DNA of 64,000 nucleotides from an uncultured Chloroflexia bacterium (GTDB lineage: Bacteria > Chloroflexota > Limnocylindria > Limnocylindrales > CSP1-4), in assembly GCA_963828165.1 (NCBI GenBank), contig CAWHDR010000001.1, positions 2,528,001 to 2,592,000 on the forward strand, read 5' to 3'. The notes under the pieces were generated by a model. It ran no database searches. It saw nothing but the letters and a program-made list of their open reading frames with translations, and was not told the DNA's origin. The translations under genes were made by a program, and so were the position numbers. Shown here piece after piece: positions 42,131-52,960 of the stretch; the stretch's first letter is position 1, and each line of letters opens with the position of its first letter.

Positions 42131-43078
42131 ATGGAGGCAACGCACATCCCGGTGCTGGCAGACGAGGTCATGTCGATGCTCGCGCCTGCCCCGGGGAGCC
42201 TCCAGATCGACGCCACCCTCGGCGGCGGTGGGCACACCGAGCGGATCCTGGAGGCGACCGACCCTGATGGCCGCCTCCTCGGTCTCGACGCCGATGGGGC
42301 GGCCATCGCCAGAGTGGACGGTCGCCTCCGCCCCCGTTTCGGGGATCGCCTGGTCCTGCGCCAGGCCAACTTCCGACAGCTCGCGACGATCGCCCGCGAG
42401 GCGGGCTTCGAGCGGGCAGACGGCGCCCTGTTCGACCTTGGCCTGTCCAGCGACCAGCTCGCCGACACCGAACGAGGTTTCGGCTTTCGGGCCGGCGGTC
42501 CGCTCGACATGCGGTTCGACACGCGGCGCGGCGTCCCCGCCAGCGAGCTGCTCGCGTCGCTCGACACCAACGAGCTGACGGCGCTCTTCCGACGCTACGG
42601 CGAGGAACCAAAGGCCGGCCGTATCGCGCGGGCCATCGTCGATGCCCGTCGAACCGCTCCGATCGCGACGGCCGAGGAGCTCGCGACCCTGATCGAGCGC
42701 GTCCTGCCGCCGAATCCGCGACAACCGCGTCGGACCCACCCAGCGACGCGCGTGTTCCAGGCCCTGCGGATCGCGGTCAACGAGGAGCTCGATGCCCTGG
42801 AAGCCGGGCTCGCGGCCGCCCTCGACCTGCTGCGCCCCGGTGGCCGCCTCGTGGTCCTGAGCTACCACTCCCTGGAGGACCGCATCGTCAAGCGCTTCCT
42901 CGCCGCCGAGCGGCGTGGCTGCGTCTGTCCCCCCGAGATCCCGGTCTGCGTCTGCGGCCGGAACCCCCGGCTGCGCCTCCTGACGCGCCCGTCGCTGACC
43001 CCGACGGCCGAGGAGATCGCCGCCAATCCTCGTGCCCGTAGCGCCCGGATGCGCGCAGCCGAGCGTCTCGCGGCATGA
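42131..43078 (+). CDS. rsmH: 16S rRNA m4C1402 methyltransferase
   Basis: HIPVL, DATLGGGGH, DLGLSS, FQALRIAVNEEL and NPRARSA motifs. Confidence 0.96.
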   Translation: MEATHIPVLADEVMSMLAPAPGSLQIDATLGGGGHTERILEATDPDGRLLGLDADGAAIARVDGRLRPRFGDRLVLRQANFRQLATIAREAGFERADGALFDLGLSSDQLADTERGFGFRAGGPLDMRFDTRRGVPASELLASLDTNELTALFRRYGEEPKAGRIARAIVDARRTAPIATAEELATLIERVLPPNPRQPRRTHPATRVFQALRIAVNEELDALEAGLAAALDLLRPGGRLVVLSYHSLEDRIVKRFLAAERRGCVCPPEIPVCVCGRNPRLRLLTRPSLTPTAEEIAANPRARSARMRAAERLAA

Positions 43079-43124
43079 ACCACCGAGCAAGCAACCACCC
43101 AGGAGCAGGACGGAGGAGCCCCCG

Positions 43125-43322
43125 ATGAGCAAGCGCCACCAGTCGAGCCGTCGCAAGTCGTACGGCCGCCGCCAGCACGAGGTGCGCGAGCGAAACGAGC
43201 GTTCGACCCACCATGACGCCGCGTCCTTCGAGCTGGACGAGTGGGGCGCCGCGGCGCCGTCGGATCCGCTGGCCTTCCTCGACCCGCGCTCACCGCGCTT
43301 CCGCTTCGCGCCGGGCGACTGA
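43125..43322 (+). CDS. small hypothetical protein between rsmH and ftsL, 65 aa
   Basis: Strong RBS GGAGGAG; MSKRHQSSRRKSYGRRQHEVRER...; stop codon 2 nt before the ftsL start. Confidence 0.7.
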   Translation: MSKRHQSSRRKSYGRRQHEVRERNERSTHHDAASFELDEWGAAAPSDPLAFLDPRSPRFRFAPGD

Positions 43323-43324
43323 GC

Positions 43325-43705
43325 ATGGCCGTCTACGAGGGTGCCCGCCCACGAACGATCGCGCTGCCGCGCCGCCCGCGGACGGCCGACGCTCCGGCGC
43401 TGCCGCGTCGTCGGGCACGGCCGACGGTCCGCGCGCATCGCAGCTCGAGTAGGCCGGCGATCGTCCTGGGCGGTATCGCGGTCGCGTTCATGCTTGCCTT
43501 CTTCTCGCTGGCACAGGAGGTCCGCGTGTCGGCCACGAGCTATGACATCGGTCGCCTGCAGATCGACCAGGAGCGGCTGGAGGCCCGCCGTCAGGACCTC
43601 GCCTCCGACCTGAGCCGGCTGGGCCGTGAGCCCGCCGTCCGCAAACTCGCCCTGGATGGAGGCCTCGGCCAGCTCGGCCAGCCCGTCATCCTCCCGGCTC
43701 ACTGA
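43325..43705 (+). CDS. ftsL: cell division protein FtsL-like
   Basis: Basic N-terminus, one TM helix and a leucine coiled coil; position upstream of ftsI. Confidence 0.7.
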   Translation: MAVYEGARPRTIALPRRPRTADAPALPRRRARPTVRAHRSSSRPAIVLGGIAVAFMLAFFSLAQEVRVSATSYDIGRLQIDQERLEARRQDLASDLSRLGREPAVRKLALDGGLGQLGQPVILPAH

Positions 43706-43722
43706 TCGACCGAACGCCGACG

Positions 43723-45559
43723 ATGCTTGGCCGGACCAATTCCCGCCGCCGACTCCTGTTCCTTCTGGTCGTGTTCGGCGTGGGCTCGCTGGCCCTGGTC
43801 GCCCGGACCGTGTACTGGCAGGTCCTGCGCGGCGACGAGCTCACCGCCCGCGCCGCCGAGCAGACCTCGGTCCGCATCGAGATCGGCGGTCGCCGCGGCG
43901 ACATCTACGACCGGACGGGCACCGTGCTGCTGGCCACATCGGTGGCCCGCGACCGTCTCATCGCGGCCGCCGACCAGCTGACCCCCGTCCAGCAGCAGCG
44001 GACGGCGGACACCCTGGTTCGCCTCCTGGAGCTCGACGAGGCCGGAGCGGTCGACCTGCGAGCCAGGCTCGCCAGCGGCAAGCCCTACGTCATCCTCGCC
44101 CGCGGGATCGCTCCGGAGCTGTCCGAGCGCATCCGACAGGCGGGGAACGCCAAGCAGGTCGTCGGCATCTCGCTGGAGCCGGAGCCGGAGCGTGTGTATC
44201 CGCAGGAAGGCGGCGGACCCGGATCGACGCTGGCGGCGCACTTGCTGGGGTTCGTGAATCGCGAGAACGCGGGTCAATACGGGGTCGAGCAGTTCTACCA
44301 GGAGGACCTTGCCGGCGAGCCCCGCGTCCTCCTGGCGCAGCGGGACGCGGGCGGCCGACCAAGGTCGGAGACGTCCGTCGTGCAGGCGCCCGGGGTCCTC
44401 GGCGAGGATCTGCGGCTGACGATCGACGCGGGCCTGCAGCTCGCCCTCGAGCAGGAGTTGCTGGCGGCGTGGATCGCGGACGACGCCAAGAGCGCATCGG
44501 CCGTGGTCCTGGACCCCTACACCGGCGAGGTCTATGCGATGGCGACCTATCCGTCGTACGACGCCAACGACTATCGAGCCATCGCCGCCGCCGAGCCCGG
44601 CCGCTTCGTCGACCCGGTCGTGTCGAACGTGTACGAGCCCGGGTCCGTGTTCAAGATGATGACCGCGACCACGGCGCTCGAGGCCGGCACCGTGACCCGT
44701 ACGACCCGCATCAAGGACGTAGGCACGCTCCGGCTCGACGGTGGCGAGGCCAAGATCGACAACGCCGACCGCAAGGGCATGGGCTGGGTGACGTTCGAAG
44801 ACGGCATCGCCTACTCACGCAACGTGATCGCCGCGAAGGTCGCCCTCGGGCTGAGCGATTCGACGGCGGGATCTTCCGCGATGGTGTTCGATACCTGGCG
44901 GAAGCTCGGCTACGGCTCGCGAACGGGGATCGACGTCGCCGGCGAGGTCGGCGGGCTCCTGCGCGATCCGGCGAACGTGCCGTGGGCAGAGATCGACCTC
45001 GCGAACGCCGCGTTCGGCCAGGGCGTGGCAGTCACCCCGATCCAGCTTGCGAGCGCGTTCGCCACGATCATCAACGGCGGGACGACGATCAAGCCCCATG
45101 TGGTCCAGGGCATCGGCTCGCACGACGTCGCGGTGACGCCCGGTAACCAGGTCGTGAAGCCTGCCGTGGCCAAGAAGGTTCGAAAGCTGATGGACCACGT
45201 GGTGAAGGAAGTCCCGTTCTATCGCGACCGGACCATCGTCCCGGGCTACCACGTCGGGGGCAAGACGGGCACCGCGCAGATCTGGGACGCCAAGGCCAAC
45301 AAGGGCCGTGGCGCGTGGAAACACAACCTCTTCAACTACTCGTTCGTCGGATACATCGCCCGCAAGAGCGACACGCCGGACCTCGTGGTGGCCGTCCGCA
45401 TCGAAGAAGGCACACCGTCGGTCGCTCGTGTCGGCCAGTTGGAGATGCCCGTGATGTCGTTCGAGCTGTTCCGCCGGATCGCCACCGACGCGATCACCAC
45501 GCCCGATCTCCTCGCCGAATCGGCCGTCGACCTCCACGCCCAGCGCCGCCGACCGGTGA
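43723..45559 (+). CDS. ftsI: class B penicillin-binding protein FtsI (3' end uncertain; as read it runs in frame into murF)
   Basis: RRGDIYDR, GQYGVE, EPGSVFK (SxxK), SRN and KTGTAQ motifs. TGA at 45557-45559 is in frame if one base is removed near 45541. Confidence 0.9.
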
Positions 45560-45585
45560 GTGGCGGCTATGCGACACTGCCGCGC

Positions 45586-47023
45586 GTGACCGACGTCGAC
45601 TCGTCGACCCCGGCGCCGTCCGACGCCGCGGCGCCCGCCCTCACGGCCGACGACCTCCTCCGCCACACCGGTGGCCGATTGCTGGCCCGCTCTTCCCGTC
45701 CGATCCGCGGTGGCGCCGTGGATTCGCGCCTGGTCGCCCCGGGCAATCTCTTTGTCGCGCTTCCCGGCGAGCGCACCGATGGTCACGACCACCTGCCCGA
45801 GGCCATCGCGCGTGGCGCCACGGCCGTGCTCGTGACTCGCCCGGTGGAGGATGCGGCTGCCCTCGGCGACTGTGACGGTCGTGCGCGTGGCCGATGGGCA
45901 GGCGGCCCTCGGCGCCGTCGCCGCCGGCTGGCGCCGCCGGTTCATGCCACTCGTGGTCGGCATCACCGGCAGCATCGCCAAGACCTCGACCAAGGAGGCG
46001 GCCGCCGCGGTCCTGGGAGCGGCCCGGCGGACGCTGCGGACCGAGGGCAACATGAACAACGAGATCGGGCTGCCGCTGACGCTCCTGCGGCTCGGTCCGG
46101 AACATGAAGCCGCCGTCCTCGAGATGGGGATGTACGTCGGCGGCGAGATCGCCGAGCTGGCCGCGATGGCCATGCCGTCGATCGGGGTGGTGACGGCCGT
46201 CCAGCCGGTGCACCTGTCGCGGATCGGGTCGCTCGATGCGGTCGAGCAGGCCAAGGGTGAGCTGCTCGAGGCCCTTCCAGCGGGCGGCACGGCCATCCTC
46301 AACGACGACGATCCGATCGTGGCGCGGATGGATGGCCGATCGGTGGCGCGAGCCCTGCGTTACGGCTTTGCCGATACCGCGCAGGTGCGCGCCGAGGCCG
46401 TCACGAGCGCCGGTGTCGACGGGATGCGCTTCCAGTTGAGGACACCAGCCGGGGAGCGCCCGGTGGCAATCCCGGTGCTGGGTCGTCTGTCAGTGCACAA
46501 CGCGCTGGCCGGTGCTGCGGTCGGTATCGCGGCCGGGGTCGACCTTGACACGATCGTGGCAGCGCTCCAGGGCGGCTGGGCCGCGCCACATCGCGCCGAG
46601 CTCGTGCAGCTGCGCGGCGCGACGATCGTCGACGACAGCTACAACGCGTCACCGGGTTCGGTGCTGGCCGCCCTGGACCTGCTCGCCGGGATGCCCGGTC
46701 GCCGGGTCGCCGTCCTCGGCACGATGCTCGAGCTCGGCGATGGTCACGGTGCGGGGCACGTATCGGTCGGCGAGGCCGCGGGCGGGACGGTCGAGCTGCT
46801 CGTGGTCGTGGGGCCCGAGGCCTCTGGGATCGTGGAAGGTGCCCGAACGGCCGGTCTGGACGCCGCGCGGATCCATCACGTCGAGGATGTCGAGGGGGCC
46901 CTGGACGTACTGCGCCCGCGTCTGCGTGACGGCGACACCGTCCTCGTCAAGGCATCGCGCGGCGTCGGGCTGGACCGCGTGGTCGACGCCCTCCGCCTCG
47001 AGCTCGGGGAGCGCCCGCGATGA
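45586..47023 (+). CDS. murF: UDP-MurNAc-tripeptide:D-Ala-D-Ala ligase (apparent frameshift near 45871)
   Basis: DSRLV...LFVALPGERTDGH, then GITGSIAKTSTKE, NNEIGLPLT, DDSYNASP and LVKASRG in the +1 frame. Confidence 0.92.
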
Positions 47024-48003
47024 CCGTGGAGCTCATCCAGGGGCTGCTGCTCGCGTTCGCGCTCGTCGTCATCCTCATGCCGCCGTATATCCGCCTCCTG
47101 CAGGCCCTCGGGTTCGGAAAGCGGATCCGGGAGGATGGCCCCGAGACCCACTACGTCAAGGAAGGCACGCCGACGATGGGCGGCCTGCTGATCGTCCTCG
47201 TGGTCCTGGGGATCTTCCTCTTCCTGCGCGAGCCGGGCCCTGACACCTTCGCGCCACTGGCCGCGCTGGCCGGAGTCGGCCTGCTCGGCGCCTTCGACGA
47301 CTACCTCAATGCACGGACGGGGGAGGGGATCCGGGCCCGCCAGAAGCTCATCTGGTTGACGGTCGTGGCCTTCGTCGCGGCCTGGCAGATCCAGCAGACC
47401 TACGAGATCACGGCCATCGCCGTGCCATTCGTCGGCGCCGTCCCGATCGAGCCGTGGCTGTACGTCCTGTTCGGGGCATTCGCGATCATCGCCGCCTCGA
47501 ACGGGGTCAACCTGACCGACGGGCTCGATGGCCTGTCTGGTGGCACGGTGGCCATCGCCTTCGTCGCGTACCTGCTGATCGCGCTCCTCAACCAGCCCAC
47601 GCAGACCGACCTTGCCCTTTTGTGCGCGCTCATCATCGGGGCGCTGCTCGGGTTCCTCTGGTTCAACGTGCATCCGGCCCAGGTCTTCATCGGGGACTCG
47701 GGGGCGCTGTCGCTCGGGGCGACCCTCGCCGTGACCGCGCTCATCACCGGCCAGATCCTCGTCCTGCCGCTGATCGGGATCATCTTCGTCGTCGAGACAG
47801 CGTCGGTGATCCTGCAGGTCGCGTACTTCCGGTTCAGCGGCGGGAAGCGGCTGTTCCGGATGAGCCCCATCCACCACCACTTCGAGCTTGGCGGCTGGGA
47901 CGAGGAGAAGATCACGATCCGCTTCTGGATCGTCGGGATCCTGGCGGCCCTGCTGGGCGTGACGCTGTTCCTTGCGACGCTCCAGCCGGATCGGCTGACG
48001 TGA
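47020..48003 (+). CDS. mraY: phospho-MurNAc-pentapeptide transferase
   Basis: KEGTPTMGG, NLTDGLDGL, FIGDSG and PIHHHFE motifs. Confidence 0.97.
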   Translation: MTVELIQGLLLAFALVVILMPPYIRLLQALGFGKRIREDGPETHYVKEGTPTMGGLLIVLVVLGIFLFLREPGPDTFAPLAALAGVGLLGAFDDYLNARTGEGIRARQKLIWLTVVAFVAAWQIQQTYEITAIAVPFVGAVPIEPWLYVLFGAFAIIAASNGVNLTDGLDGLSGGTVAIAFVAYLLIALLNQPTQTDLALLCALIIGALLGFLWFNVHPAQVFIGDSGALSLGATLAVTALITGQILVLPLIGIIFVVETASVILQVAYFRFSGGKRLFRMSPIHHHFELGGWDEEKITIRFWIVGILAALLGVTLFLATLQPDRLT

Positions 48004-48017
48004 CGGGCGGCGTGACG

Positions 48018-49595
48018 ATGCCTCCACGCACGATCGAGCCGGACGCCCTCACGATGGCGGCCATCCGGGACGGGCTGTTGCGCGCGGCCCCCGTGACCGT
48101 GCTTGGCCTGGCCAGGAGCGGGATCGCCCTGGCTCGCTTCCTGACCGATGCCGGGGCGCGCGTCACCGTGTACGACGGGCGGCCGGCCTCCGACCTCGCC
48201 GAGGCGATCGCGGCACTCGACGGCCGTGACGTGACCCTCGTGCTCGGGCCGGCCGTGGAGCCCGCACGTTCATGGGCGGATGCCGCGCTCGTCACGACGT
48301 CGCCATCGATCAACCCGGACTACCCGACGACGGAGCCGCGCCTGCGCGAGGCCCTGACGGCCCTGGTCGCGGCCCGTGCCCACGGTGATCCCAGCGCGCC
48401 GGCCCTCGTGTCCGAGCCCGACCTCTTCCTGCGCCTGTGCGAGGCCCCGACCATCGGCGTGACCGGCACGAAGGGCAAGACGACGACGGCGTCGCTGACC
48501 GCGGCGATCCTCAGCGCCGACCCGGCCCACCCCGTGGTCCTCGGGGGGAACATCGGCATCCCGATCGTCGAGCGGCTCGGCGAGCTGACGGCGGACCATC
48601 GCGTCGTCTACGAGCTGTCCGAGCTGCAGCTCCCGACGCTGTCACAGGGAACGACCGTCGCCGTCTACACGAACGTCACCTCCGACCACCTGGACCGCCA
48701 CGGCTCGCTCGGCGCGTACCGGGCGGTCAAGCGGCGGCTGGCCGAGCTCGTGGCGCCTGACGGTGCGCTCGTCCTCAACGCCGAGGACCCGGTGGTCGCG
48801 GATTACGCGGGCCTCGGGCTCGCCACGGCCGTGCTGTACCGGCGCGACCGACCACTCCCCGGTGGCGTCGGCGTCGTGGACGGCTGGATCGTGGCGAACG
48901 GCGTGGAGCGGCTCCCCCTGGCGGGCGGCGACACGGCGTCCACCGGACCGGACGGTCGGATCATGCCGTTCGCGGATCTGAGCGTGCCGGGAGCGCATAA
49001 CGTGTCCAACGCGCTGGCGGCCGTGGCTGTCGGACTCCTGTTCGGCGTCGAGCCGGACGCGATCCGGGAGGCCGCCTCGGCGTTCGAGGGCGTCGAGCAT
49101 CGGCTCGAAGCCGTCGCGAACATCGATGGCGTGCGCTTCGTGAACGACTCGCAGGGCACCCAGCCGGACGCGGTCATCGCCGCGCTCCGGGCCTTCGAAC
49201 CCCCGCTCGTGCTGATCGCCGGTGGGCGCGACAAGGGCGTCGATCTCGATGAGCTGGCCGCAGTCGTCGCCGAGCGAGCCGTTGCGGCCGTCGTCATCGG
49301 CGAGACCGGCCCCGACCTCGAGCGGCGCTTCCGCGCCGCCGGTCTCGAGCAGGTGGAACGCGCGACCTCCATGGATGACGCGGTGGCGCGCGCGGACGCG
49401 CTCGCGCGCGAGGCGCTCCCACGGGACGCATCGCTGGCCCACGCGCAGGGCGATCCGCCCGCGGGCCCGGCGACGGTCCTGCTCAGCCCGGCCGCCGCAA
49501 GTTTCGACATGTTCCCCGACTACGCCGCCCGTGGACGGGCGTTCAAGGACGCCGTCGCGGCACTCGCGGCGACCCGAGCCCGGAGGGACCGATGA
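48018..49595 (+). CDS. murD: UDP-MurNAc-L-Ala:D-Glu ligase
   Basis: GLARSG, GTKGKTTT, GNIG, DHLDRH, HRLE, IAGGRDKG and LSPAAASFD motifs. Start could be GTG at 48000. Confidence 0.94.
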   Translation: MPPRTIEPDALTMAAIRDGLLRAAPVTVLGLARSGIALARFLTDAGARVTVYDGRPASDLAEAIAALDGRDVTLVLGPAVEPARSWADAALVTTSPSINPDYPTTEPRLREALTALVAARAHGDPSAPALVSEPDLFLRLCEAPTIGVTGTKGKTTTASLTAAILSADPAHPVVLGGNIGIPIVERLGELTADHRVVYELSELQLPTLSQGTTVAVYTNVTSDHLDRHGSLGAYRAVKRRLAELVAPDGALVLNAEDPVVADYAGLGLATAVLYRRDRPLPGGVGVVDGWIVANGVERLPLAGGDTASTGPDGRIMPFADLSVPGAHNVSNALAAVAVGLLFGVEPDAIREAASAFEGVEHRLEAVANIDGVRFVNDSQGTQPDAVIAALRAFEPPLVLIAGGRDKGVDLDELAAVVAERAVAAVVIGETGPDLERRFRAAGLEQVERATSMDDAVARADALAREALPRDASLAHAQGDPPAGPATVLLSPAAASFDMFPDYAARGRAFKDAVAALAATRARRDR

Positions 49596-50938
49596 ACCTC
49601 GCGCCGCCGATCCCGCGTTTCGGCCGTGGCCCGGCGGACCCGGATGTGACCCCCGATCGAACGCGCGCGCGCGACGTCCGCGACGTCCGCCGGTCCGCGA
49701 ACCGGACACCGGTCAAGAACCCGACCCAGGTCCTGCAGCGGGAACGGCACGACCCCGACTACCTGATCCTCATGCTGGTCGTGGCGCTGACCGCGGTCGG
49801 GATCCTGATGGTCTACTCCTCGTCGGCGATGCGCGGCTACGTGTCAGCGGACGCCGACACGTTCGCGACCGTCGGCCCGCAGATCCAGTGGGCCGTACTG
49901 GGGCTCATCGCGATGGCGGCGATGATGCGGGTCGACTACCGCTACCTGCGTCTCGTGTCGGTCCCGTTCCTCCTCGTATCGCTGGCGCTGCTCGTGCTCG
50001 TATTCGTGCCCGACTACAACATCGTCGTCGGCGGCTCCGCCCGCTGGCTCCGGCTGCCGGGTCTCCCGGCCGTCCACCCGGCAGAGATCGCGAAGCTCGC
50101 CATGGTCATCTACCTCGCCCACTGGTTCGCGAAGCGGGGCACGAAGGTGGGTGGATTCTGGACCGGCACCGTGCCGTTCCTGATCGTCCTCGCCCCGGTG
50201 CTCGCCCTCGTGTTCAAGGAGCCGGACCTCGGCACGACGACGGTCATCGCGCTGACCGGCTTCACGATGTTCTTCGTCGCCGGCGCGAACCTCTTCCATC
50301 TCGCGGCGATGGGCTCAGCGGCCTTCATGGCGATGATCGTGGTGGGATTGCGCGGCTACCAGATGGACCGCATCCGGACCTGGCTGGATCCGTGGACCGA
50401 TCCGCTCGGTGACGGGTTCCACACGGTCCAGGGCCTGCTGGCGCTCGGTGCCGGTGGGATCCTCGGGCGCGGGCTCGGCCAGAGCATGATCGCGGTCCCG
50501 AATGCCTTCAACGACTTCATCTTCGCGGAGATCGGCCAGGAATTCGGACTCGTCGGGGCGGTCGTCGTCATCGGGCTGTTCCTGCTCCTCGCCTACAGCG
50601 GCATCCGGGTGGCGCTGGCCGCGCCGGACACGTTCGGGGCGCTCCTGGCGTCCGGGATCACGGCGTGGCTCTGTCTCCAGGCGTTCATCAACATCGCGGT
50701 GGTGGTCACACTGGTGCCGATCACCGGCATCACGTTGCCGTTCATCAGTGCTGGCGGCTCATCCCTCATCATCAGCTTCGCCGCGGTCGGGATCCTGCTC
50801 TCGATCTCGCGCGAGACCATCGAAAGGGGCACCTGGAACGACGATGCGAGTGCTGATCGCCGGCGGCGGGACGGGCGGGCACATCTACCCGGCGCTGGCC
50901 GTCGCCCGGTCGCTGCGCGCTCGACCGGGCGCCGCTGA
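49592..50938 (+). CDS. ftsW: SEDS peptidoglycan polymerase FtsW
   Basis: MVYSSS, GSARW, EPDLGT, DFIFA and GITLPFISAGGSS motifs. Confidence 0.95.
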   Translation: MNLAPPIPRFGRGPADPDVTPDRTRARDVRDVRRSANRTPVKNPTQVLQRERHDPDYLILMLVVALTAVGILMVYSSSAMRGYVSADADTFATVGPQIQWAVLGLIAMAAMMRVDYRYLRLVSVPFLLVSLALLVLVFVPDYNIVVGGSARWLRLPGLPAVHPAEIAKLAMVIYLAHWFAKRGTKVGGFWTGTVPFLIVLAPVLALVFKEPDLGTTTVIALTGFTMFFVAGANLFHLAAMGSAAFMAMIVVGLRGYQMDRIRTWLDPWTDPLGDGFHTVQGLLALGAGGILGRGLGQSMIAVPNAFNDFIFAEIGQEFGLVGAVVVIGLFLLLAYSGIRVALAAPDTFGALLASGITAWLCLQAFINIAVVVTLVPITGITLPFISAGGSSLIISFAAVGILLSISRETIERGTWNDDASADRRRRDGRAHLPGAGRRPVAARSTGRR

Positions 50939-52004
50939 GCTCTCCTGGCTCGGCGGCCATCGCGGGCTCGAGGCGAGCATCGTGCCGGCGGCCGGGATCC
51001 CGTTCCGCCGGCTCGCCCTCCGTTCCTTGCGGACCGTGGACCTCGGCGTGCACGCGCTGCTCGACCCGCTGCGTCTCGGGGCTTCGGTCCCGCAGGCCGG
51101 CGCGATCCTCGCCGCCCACCGTCCTGATGCGATCTTCACGACCGGCGGCTACGTGGCCGTCCCCGTCCTTCTCGCCGCAGCGCCACTCGGCATCCCGGTC
51201 GTGCTGTGGGACGGCAACGTGATCCCGGGTCGTGCCGTGCGGGCGACTGCGCGCCTCGCCGACGTGCTGGCCGTGTCCTTCGAGGCCACCTGTGTGGCCC
51301 TGGAGTCCAGCGCGCCCGGGCGTCCCTGCTACGTCACCGGGACCCCGATCCGCGACACGCGCGAGCTGGACCGCGACGAGGCCCGCACGCGGCTGGGCGT
51401 GCCGTCCGGGCTCCGGGTGCTCCTGATCTTCGGCGGGTCGCAGGCGGTCCGCCGCTTCAACGGCGCGGTGGCGGCGGCGTTGCCACGTCTCGTCGAGCGG
51501 GTGGCCGTCATCCATGTGACTGGTGAGGACGGTTACGCGGCCGCCCTCACGGCCCGCGAGGCCCTGCCCGAGGATCGGCGCGATCGCTACCGGCCGCACC
51601 CGTTCCTGCGCGACGACATGCTGGCGGCACTTGCCGCCGCGGATCTCGTCGTGGGTCGGGCCGGGTCCTCGACGCTGGCGGAAGTGACCGCCCTGGGCGT
51701 GCCCAGCGTCATCGTCCCGTACCCGCACGCCGCCGGCCACCAGCGTGCCAATGCGCGCGCGCTCGTGGACGCGGGCGCGGCCCGACTGGTCGACGACGAG
51801 GCGTTCGATGCCGGCGCGCTGCTCGACGCCGCGGCGCTGCTCGACGACCCGGTCGCGCACCTCGAGATGGCCGCCGCGGCACGCGCGCTCGGGCGGCCCG
51901 GGTCGGCGGACGCCGTCGCCGACCTCGTGCTCGCGGCGGCGGCCCGTGAGCCGCTGCCCGACCGCGCCGTCATCGAACGGCGGGCTCGCGGGTCCACCGC
52001 GTGA
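50844..52004 (+). CDS. murG: lipid II GlcNAc transferase
   Basis: AGGGTGGHIYPA, GGYV, FGGSQ, RAGSST and HQRANA motifs. Confidence 0.95.
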   Translation: MRVLIAGGGTGGHIYPALAVARSLRARPGAAELSWLGGHRGLEASIVPAAGIPFRRLALRSLRTVDLGVHALLDPLRLGASVPQAGAILAAHRPDAIFTTGGYVAVPVLLAAAPLGIPVVLWDGNVIPGRAVRATARLADVLAVSFEATCVALESSAPGRPCYVTGTPIRDTRELDRDEARTRLGVPSGLRVLLIFGGSQAVRRFNGAVAAALPRLVERVAVIHVTGEDGYAAALTAREALPEDRRDRYRPHPFLRDDMLAALAAADLVVGRAGSSTLAEVTALGVPSVIVPYPHAAGHQRANARALVDAGAARLVDDEAFDAGALLDAAALLDDPVAHLEMAAAARALGRPGSADAVADLVLAAAAREPLPDRAVIERRARGSTA

Positions 52005-52960
52005 CGACGAATGCTGCCTTCGATCCACTCGAGGTTGGGACCACGATCCAACGTCAGATCGGCGTCAAGACGTCCCGACACGAGCCGCTGGCGCGCTTCA
52101 CGACGATGCGCGTCGGTGGCCCGGCCGACCTGTTCGCGAGCGTGCACAACGTCTTCGAGCTGCGCCGCATCGTCAGGTTCGCGCGCGCGCGCGACCTTCC
52201 GCATCTCGTGCTCGGGCGCGGGAGTGACGTCGTGATCAGCGACCACGGGGTTCGCGGCATCGTGATCCAGGACCGCGCGGAGGGTTCACGCGTGGAGGGC
52301 GAGCGCTACACGGCCGAGGCCGGTGTCCCGATGGCCCGGGCCGCGACCGAGACGCAGAAGGCGGGCCTGACCGGGCTCGAGTTCGGGTTGGCCATCCCGG
52401 GCTCGGTCGGCGGGGCGGTGTGGGCGAACGCCGGGGCGCACGACGCCGACATGGCGGGCGTGCTGGTGTCCGCGCGCGTGCTCGACGGCCAGGGCACGGA
52501 GGCGATCGTGCCCGCCGCGGACCTCGGGCTCAGCTACCGCGACAGCCGGTTCAAGCACGTACCGCCGGACGCGCCACCCGAGCTCGTGCTCGATGCGACC
52601 TTCCAGCTGCGCCCGGCGGATCCCGACGTGATCAAGGCCAGGCTCGACGAGATCCGCCGCTGGCGGCAGACCCACCAGCCGCTGGGGCTGCCGTCGGCCG
52701 GAAGCGTCTTTCGCAATCCGGAGGGCGAATCGGCCGGCCGGCTGATCGAGGACGTCGGCCTCAAGGGCCACCGGATCGGTGGAGCGGTCGTCTCCGAAAA
52801 GCACGCGAACTTCATCGTCAACGACCAGAAGGGCACGGCCGCGGACGTGCGCCGCCTGGCCGAGCACGTCCGGGGCGTCGTCGCCGAGCGCCATGGCGTC
52901 GAGCTTGCATTCGAGGTCGAATTCCTCGGCGATTGGGACGGCTGGCCGTGGCCGGCATGA
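52001..52960 (+). CDS. murB: UDP-N-acetylenolpyruvoylglucosamine reductase
   Basis: TTMRVGGPA, IPGSVGGA..NAGA, SAGSVFRNP and SEKHANF motifs. Confidence 0.96.
   Translation: MTTNAAFDPLEVGTTIQRQIGVKTSRHEPLARFTTMRVGGPADLFASVHNVFELRRIVRFARARDLPHLVLGRGSDVVISDHGVRGIVIQDRAEGSRVEGERYTAEAGVPMARAATETQKAGLTGLEFGLAIPGSVGGAVWANAGAHDADMAGVLVSARVLDGQGTEAIVPAADLGLSYRDSRFKHVPPDAPPELVLDATFQLRPADPDVIKARLDEIRRWRQTHQPLGLPSAGSVFRNPEGESAGRLIEDVGLKGHRIGGAVVSEKHANFIVNDQKGTAADVRRLAEHVRGVVAERHGVELAFEVEFLGDWDGWPWPA

Noticed and set aside
43723-46107. Apparent FtsI-MurF N-terminal fusion (794-aa ORF)
   Set aside because: Removing one base near 45541 gives a normal stop at 45559, and murF has a plausible GTG at 45586. 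Other indels are nearby, so an artefact is more likely.
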